From Dissulfurispiraceae bacterium (GTDB lineage: Bacteria > Nitrospirota > Thermodesulfovibrionia > Thermodesulfovibrionales > Dissulfurispiraceae): a stretch of DNA of 45,430 nt. Below, piece by piece: positions 24,891 through 35,600 of the stretch; position 1 is the stretch's first letter, and each line of letters starts with the position of its first letter. The position numbers were made by a program, and so were the translations under genes. The stretch lies in the NCBI GenBank assembly GCA_050011415.1, contig JBEKJD010000001.1, positions 1 to 45,430 on the forward strand, given 5' to 3'. The notes beneath the pieces were generated by a model that saw nothing but the letters and a program-made list of their open reading frames with translations, made no database searches and had not been told where the DNA came from.

Positions 24891-25535
24891 TCAGCCTTTC
24901 CTTATTTTTACACCCTTATATATTTTATCGAGTTCGTTCTTAAGCCCGGGGAAAATGCCTTTCCTGTTCGTTCTTATCATTATGTTCCTGAATCCATCCC
25001 GTACACCCTCATATGAGGTAAGGATGGCCTGCAGTCCGAAGCCGTATTTTCGTATAATGTCGGCAACCTCCTTGATAGAACCCGGGCGGTCTTCAATAGC
25101 CAGATATATCCTGTTGCCCCCGTGGCGGCAACCTGTAACGTCTATGAGAGCGCGGAAAATATCCCTGTCCGAGATTATCCCCGCGAGTTTGCCGTTCTCA
25201 ACTACCGGCAGGCAGCCGATCTGTTTGTCGTAGAGCACCATTGCCGCCTCTTCCACAGGGGTATCCTGCGTTGTAGTAAAAACATTGGTTTTCATCATGT
25301 CCCTGACCTTCATCTTTGCGAGAAGATAATGGAGTTCGTACACATCAAGCGAGGTCGCTGCCGATGGAGTATACTCCCTTATATCCCTGTCGGATACTAT
25401 CCCCTTGATCCTGTCTCCTTTCACTACAGGAAGGTGCCTGATACAGTTTTCTTTCATCACTGTCAGAGCATCAATGATGCCATCGTCAGGGGCGGCCGTA
25501 AATACCTTTTTTGTCATCCAGTCAGATACAAACAC
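24891..25535 (-). CDS. CBS-pair + ACT-like domain protein (AcuB-like)
   Basis: Two CBS motifs (VSDWMTKKVFTAAPDD...HLPVVKGDRIKGIVSDRDI and VRDMMKTNVFTTTQDT...CLPVVENGKLAGIISDRDI), followed by RIYLAIEDRPGSIKEVADIIRKYGFGLQAILT. SD AGGAGG. Confidence 0.75.
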   Translation of the reverse strand: MFVSDWMTKKVFTAAPDDGIIDALTVMKENCIRHLPVVKGDRIKGIVSDRDIREYTPSAATSLDVYELHYLLAKMKVRDMMKTNVFTTTQDTPVEEAAMVLYDKQIGCLPVVENGKLAGIISDRDIFRALIDVTGCRHGGNRIYLAIEDRPGSIKEVADIIRKYGFGLQAILTSYEGVRDGFRNIMIRTNRKGIFPGLKNELDKIYKGVKIRKG

Positions 25536-25557
25536 ATTGCACCTCCTATATGAAATC

Positions 25558-25625
25558 GGGTTATGGGTAATGGGTTATGGGTCATAGGAAAAAATACCCT
25601 TGCCCATAACCTATGACCCATTACC
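25558..25625. repeat. hairpin element built from heptamer tandem repeats (GGGTNAT)n / (ATNACCC)n
   Basis: Left arm is GGGTTAT GGGTAAT GGGTTAT GGGTCAT AGG (25558-25588). Right arm is GCCCATAACCTATGACCCATTACC (25602-25625). Several 9-10-bp registers are perfectly complementary, for example GGGTCATAGG with CCTATGACCC. Lies between livF and the CBS-ACT gene. Confidence 0.8.
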
Positions 25626-25631
25626 TGGTTC

Positions 25632-26336
25632 TTATACTCCCAAATATGCCTTTTTGACGTGTTCATTGTCGAGCATGGCAGAGCAGGTCCCCTGAAGCAT
25701 TATTTTCCCGGTTTCGAGCACATAGGCCCTGTCAGCTATGCCGAAAGTCTGCTTGCAGTTCTGCTCAACAAGAAGCACTGTGTTGCCTCCCTCTCTTATC
25801 CCCTTTATGATGCTGAATATCTCCCTTACAAGGATGGGCGCCAGACCGAGCGACGGTTCATCAAACATAATGAGTTTGGGCATTGCCATCAGTCCCCTTG
25901 CTATGGCGACCATCTGCTGTTCCCCGCCGCTCAATGTACCGGCCCGCTGTCTTCTCCTCTCTGCAAGCCTGGGGAAAATGCTGAAAACCATTTCCTTATT
26001 ACTGCTTCTCCGTTTCTTTGCTTCTCCCTTCAACGATCCCATATCGAGGTTTTCCTCAACTGTCATGTCCACAAAGAGTCTTCTCGCCTCAGGCACATGG
26101 GCTATTCCTTTTTCGATGAGTCTGAACGGTTTGACTTTGTGTATAGGCTCGCCCTCAAAGATCACCTCTCCCTTTTGGGGCCGCAGAATCCCTGAAATGG
26201 TCTTCAGTATTGTTGATTTTCCGGCTCCGTTTGCTCCTATAAGTGCCACCACTTCAGCTTTTTTAACCTCGAATGAGACATCCCACAGTACCTGGACATC
26301 CCCGTAAGAAACATCTATGTTGCGCACTTCAAGCAT
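25632..26336 (-). CDS. livF: branched-chain amino acid ABC transporter ATP-binding protein
   Basis: Walker A GANGAGKST, signature LSGGEQQMVAIARGL, Walker B LIMFDEPSLGLAP. 234 aa. Overlaps livG by 8 nt. Confidence 0.93.
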   Translation of the reverse strand: MLEVRNIDVSYGDVQVLWDVSFEVKKAEVVALIGANGAGKSTILKTISGILRPQKGEVIFEGEPIHKVKPFRLIEKGIAHVPEARRLFVDMTVEENLDMGSLKGEAKKRRSSNKEMVFSIFPRLAERRRQRAGTLSGGEQQMVAIARGLMAMPKLIMFDEPSLGLAPILVREIFSIIKGIREGGNTVLLVEQNCKQTFGIADRAYVLETGKIMLQGTCSAMLDNEHVKKAYLGV

Positions 26337-27045
26337 GTGCTGCCTCGCCCAGATACGCCTCGATCACGAGGGGGTTCTGTCTGATTTCAAGAGGGGTGCC
26401 TTCTGCGATCTTCTGTCCGTAGTTAATTACGACAATCCGGTCTGATATGGCCATAATGACTTTCATGTGGTGCTCGATGATCATCATGGTAATTCCTTTT
26501 GCTTTAATCTTATTGATGATCTCTATCGACTCGTTCAGCTCCGACGGATTCAACCCTGCAAAAGACTCATCGAGCAGCAACATGGCAGGCTGAGTTGCAA
26601 GCGCCCTTGCAATCTCAAGGCGTTTGCGTTTGCCCAGGGGCAGCCCCTTTGAAAGGGCTTGCCGGTCATCGTAGAGCCCGCTAAATGAAAGAATGTCCAG
26701 GGCTATTTCTTCAGCCTGGGCTTTATTTGCCGCCCTGAGAAATGCCGACGCTATCACGTTGTCCAGCACGGTCATCCTCTGAAGCGGCCTGACCACCTGA
26801 AATGTCCGGGCGATCCCGAGTTTGCATATCCGGTGTGTCTTCATATTTGATATCTTCGCGCCTTTGAAAAATACATCACCATGTGAGGGCTTGTAAAAGC
26901 CGTTCACCACATTGAAAAGTGTAGTTTTCCCTGCACCGTTAGGACCGATAAGCGCAAGGATTTCGCCCTTGTTCACGGAGAAGGAAACGTTACTGATTGC
27001 TGCGAGTCCGCCAAAAAACATCGAAATATTATTAACGTCAAGCAT
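26329..27045 (-). CDS. livG: branched-chain amino acid ABC transporter ATP-binding protein
   Basis: Walker A GPNGAGKTT, LPLGKRKRLEIARALA, Walker B LLLDESFAGLNP. 238 aa. TGATG overlap with livM. Confidence 0.93.
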   Translation of the reverse strand: MLDVNNISMFFGGLAAISNVSFSVNKGEILALIGPNGAGKTTLFNVVNGFYKPSHGDVFFKGAKISNMKTHRICKLGIARTFQVVRPLQRMTVLDNVIASAFLRAANKAQAEEIALDILSFSGLYDDRQALSKGLPLGKRKRLEIARALATQPAMLLLDESFAGLNPSELNESIEIINKIKAKGITMMIIEHHMKVIMAISDRIVVINYGQKIAEGTPLEIRQNPLVIEAYLGEAAHA

Positions 27046-27983
27046 CAGGTGGTCCTCCCGGTGCGGATCAGCCTTTTCAGTTTTTTGAAATCACCGGCAA
27101 TTCCGTTCGGCAGGAAGATTATGATGATGATCAGGAGCATCCCGAAAAAAGTCTGATGTGCGGACCCTAACATAGGGATAGACCGTATGACTTCAGACAT
27201 CAAGATCATTATGATCGAACCAATGACCGGTCCCCAGAATGTAGCCACTCCTCCCACCATTACCACCATTATGGTAATTATAGAGATGTCATGAAGCGCA
27301 AAGACCACCTTGGGGTCGATATATCCCATATAATTGGTGTAGAATGCTCCAGCCAAACCTGTGATTACCGCACTTGAAGAAAGGGCTATTGTTTTATAAA
27401 GTGTAGTGTTTATGCCAAGGGATTCCGCGGCGTCCTGATCTTCCCTGATAGCGACGAAGTAGTATCCCAGCCTGGACTGGACCACTATCTTCACCAGATA
27501 AAAGGTTATGGCTGCAACAGCAAGGATAATGTAGTAATACCAGATCTTCTCCACCCACGTCCGCTCACGTATCATGATACCGACATCGCCCCCGGTAAGG
27601 TTGGTCAGGTTTTCCGCCGTGACCCGCAGCACCTCGCCCATGGCGAGCGTTGCCAGGGCAAAGTAGGGGCCGCGCAACCGCAAAACGATGAATCCGATGA
27701 CGAGGGCAAAAAGCGCAACTGCCACAATGCTCAGGGGCAGGCCCCACCACGCAGAGAGACCTGTTTTCGCATAAAAGATCCCGGCAGTGTATGCGCCCAC
27801 ACCGAAGAAGGCGGCATGACCAAAGGAGACCTGTCCGCAGTATCCTCCCAGAAGGTTCCACGACATGCCTATCACCGACCACATCACAAAGAGGATGAGG
27901 ATATGCATGAGATAGGAATTCAATCCGACAAGCGGCACAACAGCCAGAAGCGCAAGGATGACGAAGGGAAGGTATCGTTTCAT
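27045..27983 (-). CDS. livM: branched-chain amino acid ABC transporter permease
   Basis: Polytopic, with GYCGQVSFGHAAFFGVGAYTAG typical of LivM. I prefer the ATG at 27983 (MKRYLPFVILALL), which forms an ATGA overlap with the livH stop. The longer ORF-track start lies inside livH. Confidence 0.9.
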   Translation of the reverse strand: MKRYLPFVILALLAVVPLVGLNSYLMHILILFVMWSVIGMSWNLLGGYCGQVSFGHAAFFGVGAYTAGIFYAKTGLSAWWGLPLSIVAVALFALVIGFIVLRLRGPYFALATLAMGEVLRVTAENLTNLTGGDVGIMIRERTWVEKIWYYYIILAVAAITFYLVKIVVQSRLGYYFVAIREDQDAAESLGINTTLYKTIALSSSAVITGLAGAFYTNYMGYIDPKVVFALHDISIITIMVVMVGGVATFWGPVIGSIIMILMSEVIRSIPMLGSAHQTFFGMLLIIIIIFLPNGIAGDFKKLKRLIRTGRTT

Positions 27984-28909
27984 TTTCCCAACCTCCTCTT
28001 TCTTGCAAGCGAAACTATACCTGCCGGCAGAAAGATGAGGGCTGCCACGAAGACCACAAACCTGGCCACCGGGGCCCATCCCATCCCAAGGTATGTCGCG
28101 GTCATCGATTCAAAAATACCGAGGATTATGCCGCCGATTATAGCGCCGGCAGTGGAGCCCAGGCCGCCGATAATGGTGACAACAAAAGCAATGAGCGTGA
28201 ATTGTCCTCCCATGGAGGGGTAGAGATAGTAGATGGGGATAAAGAGGCACCCGGCCGCGCCCACAAGGGCAGAGCCGAGGCCGAATGTGAGCATGCGCAT
28301 CCGGTCCACGTCCACTCCCATGATCAACGCAGCCTGAAAGTCCTGGGAAGTGGCCCGCACCGATTTGCCGGTGTCCGTTTTTGTGAGAAAGAACCAGAGG
28401 CCGGCTGTTATGGCCACAGCGAAGACAAAGGAGACTGTCCAGGGAATCGAGAGAGAAAGCTCGATGGGAGAGCCCTTCCAGTGATCGCTCAGATACCACG
28501 CGCTCGTGGCATATGAGACCGGAGTAGAGCGATAGTCCGACGTAAAGAAGAGCATTGCCAGGTTCGACAGCACCATTGCTATGCCCACTGTAAGGATGAC
28601 CTGGTTTTCAGGCAAAATGGAGTCGACCTTAAGCACCGGCGTGATAAGAAACTTTTGGAGTCCGACCCCGATCAAAAACATCACAGGCGCGGCGATAAAT
28701 ACTGAAAGATACGGGTCTAAGCCAAAGAGCGTAAAGAGCCAGTATGCAATGTACATCGAGACCATCATCAGCTCGCCGTGGGCGAGGTTGATGATCTTCA
28801 TGACCCCCATGATAAGGGTCATCCCGATACCTATCAGTGCATACAGCCCTCCCAGCAGAAAACCTGCGATGAGTGTCTGCAGTAAGACCTCAATCTGAGG
28901 CGCTGTCAC
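27980..28909 (-). CDS. livH: branched-chain amino acid ABC transporter permease
   Basis: Polytopic, 309 aa. MKIINLAHGELMMVSMYIAYW is typical of LivH. Confidence 0.9.
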   Translation of the reverse strand: MTAPQIEVLLQTLIAGFLLGGLYALIGIGMTLIMGVMKIINLAHGELMMVSMYIAYWLFTLFGLDPYLSVFIAAPVMFLIGVGLQKFLITPVLKVDSILPENQVILTVGIAMVLSNLAMLFFTSDYRSTPVSYATSAWYLSDHWKGSPIELSLSIPWTVSFVFAVAITAGLWFFLTKTDTGKSVRATSQDFQAALIMGVDVDRMRMLTFGLGSALVGAAGCLFIPIYYLYPSMGGQFTLIAFVVTIIGGLGSTAGAIIGGIILGIFESMTATYLGMGWAPVARFVVFVAALIFLPAGIVSLARKRRLGK

Positions 28910-28918
28910 GCTGTCAGG

Positions 28919-30109
28919 CTACCTCCTGTCCCTCCATTTCGGGATGGGATAAATATATTTCTGGTTCGCAAAGGCCAACGGCCACACGGTCTGGTGCTCG
29001 CCTTTTATTACCTGTCTCACATACGTTGCAGCAAAATTCTGGTTGTCGTAGCCTTCCTTATCCTCGAACCTTATATGGCCGAAGGCGGTTTCCATATTGG
29101 TAGCCTTAAGAGCGGCCCGAATGTCCTCCGGCGAGAAGCTTTTGGCCCTTTCCAAAGCGTTCTTTACAATATAAAGGGCGGAATAGGCAGCAGCCCCATG
29201 ATAGGAGGGAAACTCCCCGTATTTCGTCTTGAACTTGTTCGCATACTCTCTTGCGCCTTTGAATTTGAGCTGAGGAGTCCAGAGTGTAGCAGTAAACGCA
29301 TATTCCGCCGCATCCTTGGCATTGTCAACAAACTCGGGGATATCGAATCCGGCGCCTCCTCCGGCAAAAATTTTGGCATCAATTCTCAATTCTTTGATCT
29401 GGCGCATAAGCAGCGCTGCGTCATTGCCATAGGACACCATGAAGATTGCATCCGGATTGGCGGCTTTCACTTTGGAGAGGATGGGTTTGAAATCAATGGC
29501 GCCTTTTTCGTACTTCTCATTTACGACCACGTTGATGCCTGCCGCCTCAGCGTTTTTCGTCATGTCTTTCGAGCCGGAGCTGCCGAAGTCGGAGCTTTCA
29601 TAAAGGATAGCGATAGTCCTGGGATGCACCACCTCTTTGAAGAAAGACATAAGGCCGTCCGAGTAATGAGCGCCTACCTGGTTAAGGCGGAAGACATATT
29701 TGTATTTCTGCCGGGTTATTTCATCCGCCGCGCTGGAAACCACCAGATAAGGAGTTTTTCTCTCCTCCGCTACTGCTGCCACAGCCTTTGCACAAGCCGA
29801 GGTATACTCCCCGACAATGATGGGCTGCTTATTGACATCAATGAGTTTTTCCACAATGGCCCGTGCGCTTTCAGGCTTACCAGAGGAGTCCTCGAATTCA
29901 AGGACAACTTTTCTTCCCTTGATGCCGCCTTTCGCATTGATCTCCTCAGCCGCAATCTCATATGATTTCTTTTGCATCTCGCCGAATTTTGCCGGGGAGC
30001 CGGTCAGCGGCAAGGGGATGCTCAATTTAAGAGGCTCTGCTGCATAGACACTGATGGAAAACATGCTGAAAATAAAAGCCCCAATCATTATTACCGATAA
30101 GCGTTTCAT
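28919..30109 (-). CDS. periplasmic amino-acid/amide binding protein of the Liv (type 1 PBP) family
   Basis: Signal peptide MKRLSVIMIGAFIFSMFSISVYA, then LKLSIPLPLTGSPAKFGEMQKKSYEIAAEEINAKGGIKGRKV. I prefer the ATG at 30109, which has GAGGAGG upstream. Confidence 0.85.
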   Translation of the reverse strand: MKRLSVIMIGAFIFSMFSISVYAAEPLKLSIPLPLTGSPAKFGEMQKKSYEIAAEEINAKGGIKGRKVVLEFEDSSGKPESARAIVEKLIDVNKQPIIVGEYTSACAKAVAAVAEERKTPYLVVSSAADEITRQKYKYVFRLNQVGAHYSDGLMSFFKEVVHPRTIAILYESSDFGSSGSKDMTKNAEAAGINVVVNEKYEKGAIDFKPILSKVKAANPDAIFMVSYGNDAALLMRQIKELRIDAKIFAGGGAGFDIPEFVDNAKDAAEYAFTATLWTPQLKFKGAREYANKFKTKYGEFPSYHGAAAYSALYIVKNALERAKSFSPEDIRAALKATNMETAFGHIRFEDKEGYDNQNFAATYVRQVIKGEHQTVWPLAFANQKYIYPIPKWRDRR

Positions 30110-30178
30110 GCTGTCCTCCTCATTAGTTCTTTTCACCAAGACATTACATAATTGCACATTTTTTTAAAAAAATCCATG

Positions 30179-30207
30179 TTGACTAAAAAACTGGTGAAAA
30201 CTATAAT
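30179..30207 (+). promoter_or_regulatory. near-consensus sigma-70 promoter placed for a leaderless malic enzyme mRNA
   Basis: -35 TTGACT (30179-30184), exactly 17-nt spacer, -10 TATAAT (30202-30207). The ATG at 30214 starts 7 nt after the -10 hexamer, and there is no SD. Confidence 0.7.
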
Positions 30208-30213
30208 GCTCTT

Positions 30214-31620
30214 ATGGCGCGCATCCCGAGTCCGAGTTACAGCATAACCATAAGGGCGGAAATTGTAAACCGTATAGGCATGTTCGCCCAACTTGCCACC
30301 GCTATCAGTAACACCGGCGGCGATCTTGGCTCTATTGATATCGTCCGCGCTGAAAAGGGAAAAATCGTCAGAGACATAACTGCAAATGCACAAGACGAAG
30401 AACATGAAAAAAGAATCGTCAAGGCAATAAAAAACATAAGCGGGGTTAAAGTCCTCAGAGTGATGGACCGCACCTTTACTGCTCACGAAGGGGGAAAGAT
30501 CGAGATACGCCCGAAAATTCCTGTCAGAGACCGGGATGATCTTTCCAAAGTCTATACGCCGGGCGTTGCAAGGGTATGCAGGGACATTAATGAATGTATT
30601 GAGCACGCTTATCGCTACACGATAAAAGGGAATTGTGTTGCCGTAATCACTGACGGGACTGCTGTGCTCGGGCTTGGAGATATAGGCCCGGAAGCGGCCT
30701 TGCCTGTCATGGAAGGCAAGGCCATGATTTTCAAAGAATTTGCCGGGATTGATGCATTCCCCATTCCCCTGAAGACAAAGGACCCCGAAGAGATTATCGC
30801 TACTGTCAGAATAATCTCAACACCTTTTGGCGGTATCAATCTCGAGGATATATCAGCGCCAAGGTGCTTCGAGATAGAGCGGCGGCTCAGGGAGATTTGC
30901 GATATACCTGTTATACATGATGACCAGCATGGGACAGCGGTTGTTGTCCTTGCAGCTCTTATTAACGTCGGACGATTGCTGAGGAAAGACATAAAGAAAT
31001 TAAGAATTGTGATCTCGGGCGCCGGCGCAGCAGGAATGGCCAATGCATGGATGCTCTCCGCCTATGGCATACTGGACATAATTGTATGCGACAGGGCTGG
31101 TGCAATTTACGAAGGCAGAAAGAGTGATATGAACCCTTACAAGAAGGCCCTTGCCCGAAAAACAAACCCGCGAAAGGTCAGGGGCAGCATTGCCGATGCC
31201 CTTAAGGGCGCCAATGTCTTCATTGGACTTTCCGCTCCCAATGTCATATCAGGTGATGACATACGCAAAATGGCAAAAGAGCCGATAGTGTTTGCCCTGG
31301 CAAATCCCGAACCGGAAATAGCGCCTGAAGATGCGTTACCCCTGGTAAGAATACTCGCCACCGGGCGCTCGGATTATCCCAACCAGATAAATAATATGCT
31401 ATGCTTTCCCGGAATTTTCAGGGGTCTGCTCGACGTAAGGGCCAGCGGGGTGAATGAGGAAGTGAAATTTGCCGCTGCAAAGGCAATTGCCGGTATGGTA
31501 GCAGATGATGAATTGCACGAGGACTACATCATACCAAGCATTTTCGACAGAAAAGTCGTGCCTGCTGTCGCTCATGCAGTGGCGGCGGCAGCAAAGAAAA
31601 CAGGGCTGGCACGGCATTAA
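30214..31620 (+). CDS. NAD(P)-dependent malic enzyme with N-terminal ACT domain
   Basis: About 75 aa of ACT-like sequence (YSITIRAEIVNRIGMFAQLATAISNTGGDLGSIDIV), followed by the malic enzyme core: LSKVYTPGVA, VAVITDGTAVLGLGDIGPEAALPVMEGKAMIFKEFAGIDAFPI, FGGINLEDISAPRCFEIE, HDDQHGTA, GAGAAG and NPEPEI. There is no PTA domain. Confidence 0.92.
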   Translation: MARIPSPSYSITIRAEIVNRIGMFAQLATAISNTGGDLGSIDIVRAEKGKIVRDITANAQDEEHEKRIVKAIKNISGVKVLRVMDRTFTAHEGGKIEIRPKIPVRDRDDLSKVYTPGVARVCRDINECIEHAYRYTIKGNCVAVITDGTAVLGLGDIGPEAALPVMEGKAMIFKEFAGIDAFPIPLKTKDPEEIIATVRIISTPFGGINLEDISAPRCFEIERRLREICDIPVIHDDQHGTAVVVLAALINVGRLLRKDIKKLRIVISGAGAAGMANAWMLSAYGILDIIVCDRAGAIYEGRKSDMNPYKKALARKTNPRKVRGSIADALKGANVFIGLSAPNVISGDDIRKMAKEPIVFALANPEPEIAPEDALPLVRILATGRSDYPNQINNMLCFPGIFRGLLDVRASGVNEEVKFAAAKAIAGMVADDELHEDYIIPSIFDRKVVPAVAHAVAAAAKKTGLARH

Positions 31621-31768
31621 GGGCTCGCAATATGAACGGTATCAAATAGAACCTATCTCAAAATTGTTTTAGTCGGATGCATATTGATGCTAACTGTACA
31701 TACCCCTTACTTTTGTTTTTTTGCATTTGGGATAAAGCTTCTACCCGAAAAAAATACAGTGCTCGTGA

Positions 31769-32713
31769 CTATGCCGGCTCTCTATTAGCCATTTGACGCA
31801 AATTCGTAATGTCTCGCAAGGGAGGTGCTCCGAATAAACGGCTGTACTCTCGGCTGAATTGGGATGGGCTTTCGTAGCCAACCTGAAATGCTGCGGTTGT
31901 CGCATCGTTATTTTCGGTGAGCATCAACCGCCGCGCTTCGTTCAAACGCAACATTTTTTGAAACTGCAACGGGCTCATGGCTGTCAGAGTTCGGAAATGA
32001 TGGTGAAAGGTCGAAGTGCTCATATTGACTTGAGTTGCCAGATCATCGATTCGCAGCGGCACTGTGAAGTTACCCTTTAGCCAATCTATTGCCTGTCCTA
32101 TCTGGTGACTCTGACTACCTGCCGAAGCAATCTGACGCAGACGTGCACCTTGATCACCTACAAGTAAACGGTAAATGATTTCCCGCTGGATGATCGGCGC
32201 AAGGATCGGAATGTCCTTCTGTTCAGCGAGTAAGTCGATCAACCTCTCAAAGGCAGTGAGCAGTGGTAACATGACCTCGCCGGTTGCCATTCCACGGCTT
32301 GATTGTTGAGCCGGTAGCGCGGGAAGATTGCTGTCCACCATTAATTGTGCAATCTCGCGTTTATCAAGTTTCAACCTGAGCCCCAGGTAAGGCTTCTCCC
32401 GACTGGCTTTGATAATCTGCACAACCGTGGGAAGATGCACAGAAGTGATCAAATAATGGTGCGCGTCATACACATACGTGTCATCTCCAAGCAGCACGCG
32501 CTTAGCCCCTTGCGCGACCAAGCAAATGCTCGGTTCGTACATGACGCTTATCGGCTCGGTGGGTTCGGCCCGCCGGAAAAGTGACAAGCCCGGTATTGCG
32601 GTTACGTGCTGCTCGCCTTTATCAGTCCATCGGGCAATGCTATTACCAAAAGATTTGAGCGCAACTTCCATGCTGTTATTCTCAAACACCTTATTTATGG
32701 GTTGCTTATTCAT
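31769..32713 (-). CDS. AraC-family transcriptional regulator (AraC_N-type sensor domain + HTH)
   Basis: The C-terminus has LATQVNMSTSTFHHHFRTLTAMSPLQFQKMLRLNEARRLM...VGYESPSQFSREYSRLFGAPP. The start is uncertain (ATG at 32713, or GTG/ATG at 32764). Confidence 0.85.
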   Translation of the reverse strand: MNKQPINKVFENNSMEVALKSFGNSIARWTDKGEQHVTAIPGLSLFRRAEPTEPISVMYEPSICLVAQGAKRVLLGDDTYVYDAHHYLITSVHLPTVVQIIKASREKPYLGLRLKLDKREIAQLMVDSNLPALPAQQSSRGMATGEVMLPLLTAFERLIDLLAEQKDIPILAPIIQREIIYRLLVGDQGARLRQIASAGSQSHQIGQAIDWLKGNFTVPLRIDDLATQVNMSTSTFHHHFRTLTAMSPLQFQKMLRLNEARRLMLTENNDATTAAFQVGYESPSQFSREYSRLFGAPPLRDITNLRQMANREPA

Positions 32714-32886
32714 TAATGCCTTCTCTTTTGATATTACCAGACAGCACTTCGCTTTACAACTCATTTATCAAAAGATCGTAGGATTAGGCAATAAATGAGC
32801 AGGATTGGTCTACCTGCTTTTGTTCTTTCGGAATTACAATAGAAATATCAACAGGGTTGCAAATAGATGTGAGCAAACTCTACTGA

Positions 32887-33906
<1,020 letters not shown>

Positions 33907-33932
33907 ACGGTAAACCCCAGGAGGATAAGACA

Positions 33933-34997
33933 ATGACAATGAATGTACAAGGTTATGCAGCACAGTCCGCCAAGGATGCCTTAGCTCCATTTCGCTTTGA
34001 ACGCCGCGATCCGCGGCCTGACGACGTGGCTATCGAGATACTCTACTGCGGAGTATGCCATTCTGACCTGCATACCGTCCGCAATGACTGGGCCAGTTGG
34101 TTTCCCACAACGTACCCGGTCGTGCCCGGCCATGAAATTATTGGCCGCGTGACAAGCGTCGGAAAGGATGTCAAACGCTTCAAACCTGGCGATCATGTCG
34201 GTGTCGGCTGCATGGTTGATTCCTGCCAGAAGTGCACAGCCTGCGAAGAGGGACATGAGCAGTATTGCTCGGAGATCGCAACATTCACCTACAACCATGT
34301 TGACCGCCGTGACAAGATGCCGACCTACGGCGGATATTCCGAGAAGATCGTGGTATCGGACAAGTTCGTGTTGAAGGTTCCCGATGGGCTGGATCTGAAA
34401 GGGGCAGCGCCTCTTCTCTGCGCGGGCATAACCACTTGGTCACCGCTCCGCCATTGGAAAGCGGGAAAGGGCAGCATGGTGGCTGTTATCGGCCTCGGCG
34501 GACTAGGTCACATGGCGCTTAAACTTGCGAATGCGCTGGGCGCCGATGTCACGCTGTTCACCCGTTCAGAGGGCAAAGAGAAGGACGCGCGCCGTCTGGG
34601 CGCTCACAATGTCGTGCTCTCTACCGACAAAGGCCAGATGGCATCCGTGCAGGGACGTTTCGATCTGATCATCGATACCGTGCCCTATGTCCATGACCTC
34701 AACCACTATCTGCCGACGCTGACGATAAACGGTACGCTGGTGCTTCTCGGTTACGTGGGTGATCTGGAGCCGATGCTGAGCACCGTTCCTTTGGTGATGG
34801 GGCGGAGATCGGTCGCAGGGTCAGTCATCGGAGGCATCGCCGAAACCCAGGAAATGCTCGACTTCTGTGGCAAACATAGCATAATTTCAGATATTGAAGT
34901 GATTAAGATTCAGGATATCAATAAAGCGTATGAGCGCATGCTGAAAAGCGACGTGAAATACCGCTTTGTGATCGATATGGCCTCGTTGAAGGTCTGA
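33933..34997 (+). CDS. zinc-dependent NAD(P) alcohol dehydrogenase (cinnamyl-alcohol/YahK-like)
   Basis: [17 protein letters not shown], structural-zinc [15 protein letters not shown], and Rossmann [20 protein letters not shown]. Confidence 0.93.
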   Translation: MTMNVQGYAAQSAKDALAPFRFERRDPRPDDVAIEILYCGVCHSDLHTVRNDWASWFPTTYPVVPGHEIIGRVTSVGKDVKRFKPGDHVGVGCMVDSCQKCTACEEGHEQYCSEIATFTYNHVDRRDKMPTYGGYSEKIVVSDKFVLKVPDGLDLKGAAPLLCAGITTWSPLRHWKAGKGSMVAVIGLGGLGHMALKLANALGADVTLFTRSEGKEKDARRLGAHNVVLSTDKGQMASVQGRFDLIIDTVPYVHDLNHYLPTLTINGTLVLLGYVGDLEPMLSTVPLVMGRRSVAGSVIGGIAETQEMLDFCGKHSIISDIEVIKIQDINKAYERMLKSDVKYRFVIDMASLKV

Positions 34998-35016
34998 TAA
35001 CGAAGGAGGTAATACA

Positions 35017-35412
35017 ATGGAGATAAAGCGAAGCGGCTCACAACCATCCGGCAAGGGACCGGCAGAATATTTTACCGGAACGGTGCGTGTTGATCCACTT
35101 TTCAACGCGCCCGATCCCGCGCGTGTACTAGGCGCGCTGGTCACATTCGAACCCGGCGCCCGCACGGCGTGGCACACCCACCCTCTGGGCCAGACGCTGA
35201 TCGTCACGTCTGGTTGCGGTCTGGTACAGCGCTGGGGATATCCTGTAGAGGAAATCCGTCCGGGTGACGTGGTTTGGATCGCCCCTGGTGAAAAGCATTG
35301 GCACGGCGCCGCGGCTACAACGGCAATGACGCACATCGCAATTGTGGAACAGGCCGACGGCAAAAGCGCCGACTGGATGGAACATGTCAACGACGAACAA
35401 TACCGCGGGTGA
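35017..35412 (+). CDS. cupin domain protein
   Basis: 131 aa. [28 protein letters not shown]...[14 protein letters not shown] is a canonical two-motif cupin. SD AAGGAGG. Confidence 0.75.
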   Translation: MEIKRSGSQPSGKGPAEYFTGTVRVDPLFNAPDPARVLGALVTFEPGARTAWHTHPLGQTLIVTSGCGLVQRWGYPVEEIRPGDVVWIAPGEKHWHGAAATTAMTHIAIVEQADGKSADWMEHVNDEQYRG

Positions 35413-35458
35413 TCGTACGCCTTTGAAAAGGCCTCTTATCGAGAGGAGGGGTTAAATT

Positions 35459-35596
35459 ATGAGTGTAAGCGAAACGGCAAACAAAAACCATGAGGCACTG
35501 TTCCCAAATCATAAATCAACATTAAAAAAAACAGATCCTGAACTGATAGAAGTATTCGATAATTTTGCTTTTGACGAAGTGCTTGGGTTCTGTTGA
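35459..35596 (+). pseudogene. truncated 5' fragment of a carboxymuconolactone-decarboxylase-family gene (45 codons)
   Basis: It has a good SD (GAGAGGAGGGG) and ATG at 35459. The translation MSVSETANKNHEALFPNHKSTLKKTDPELIEVFDNFAFDEVLGFC* resembles the N-terminus of CMD/AhpD-like proteins commonly encoded after AKR/ADH/cupin genes. It stops after 45 codons, 4 nt before the convergent AlgH-like gene. Confidence 0.5.
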
Positions 35597-35600
35597 TACT

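Noticed and set aside
30133-30606. 157-aa minus-strand ORF spanning the liv / malic enzyme intergenic region.
   Set aside because: It runs antisense through the malic enzyme promoter and ACT-domain coding region. It has no motif and no RBS.
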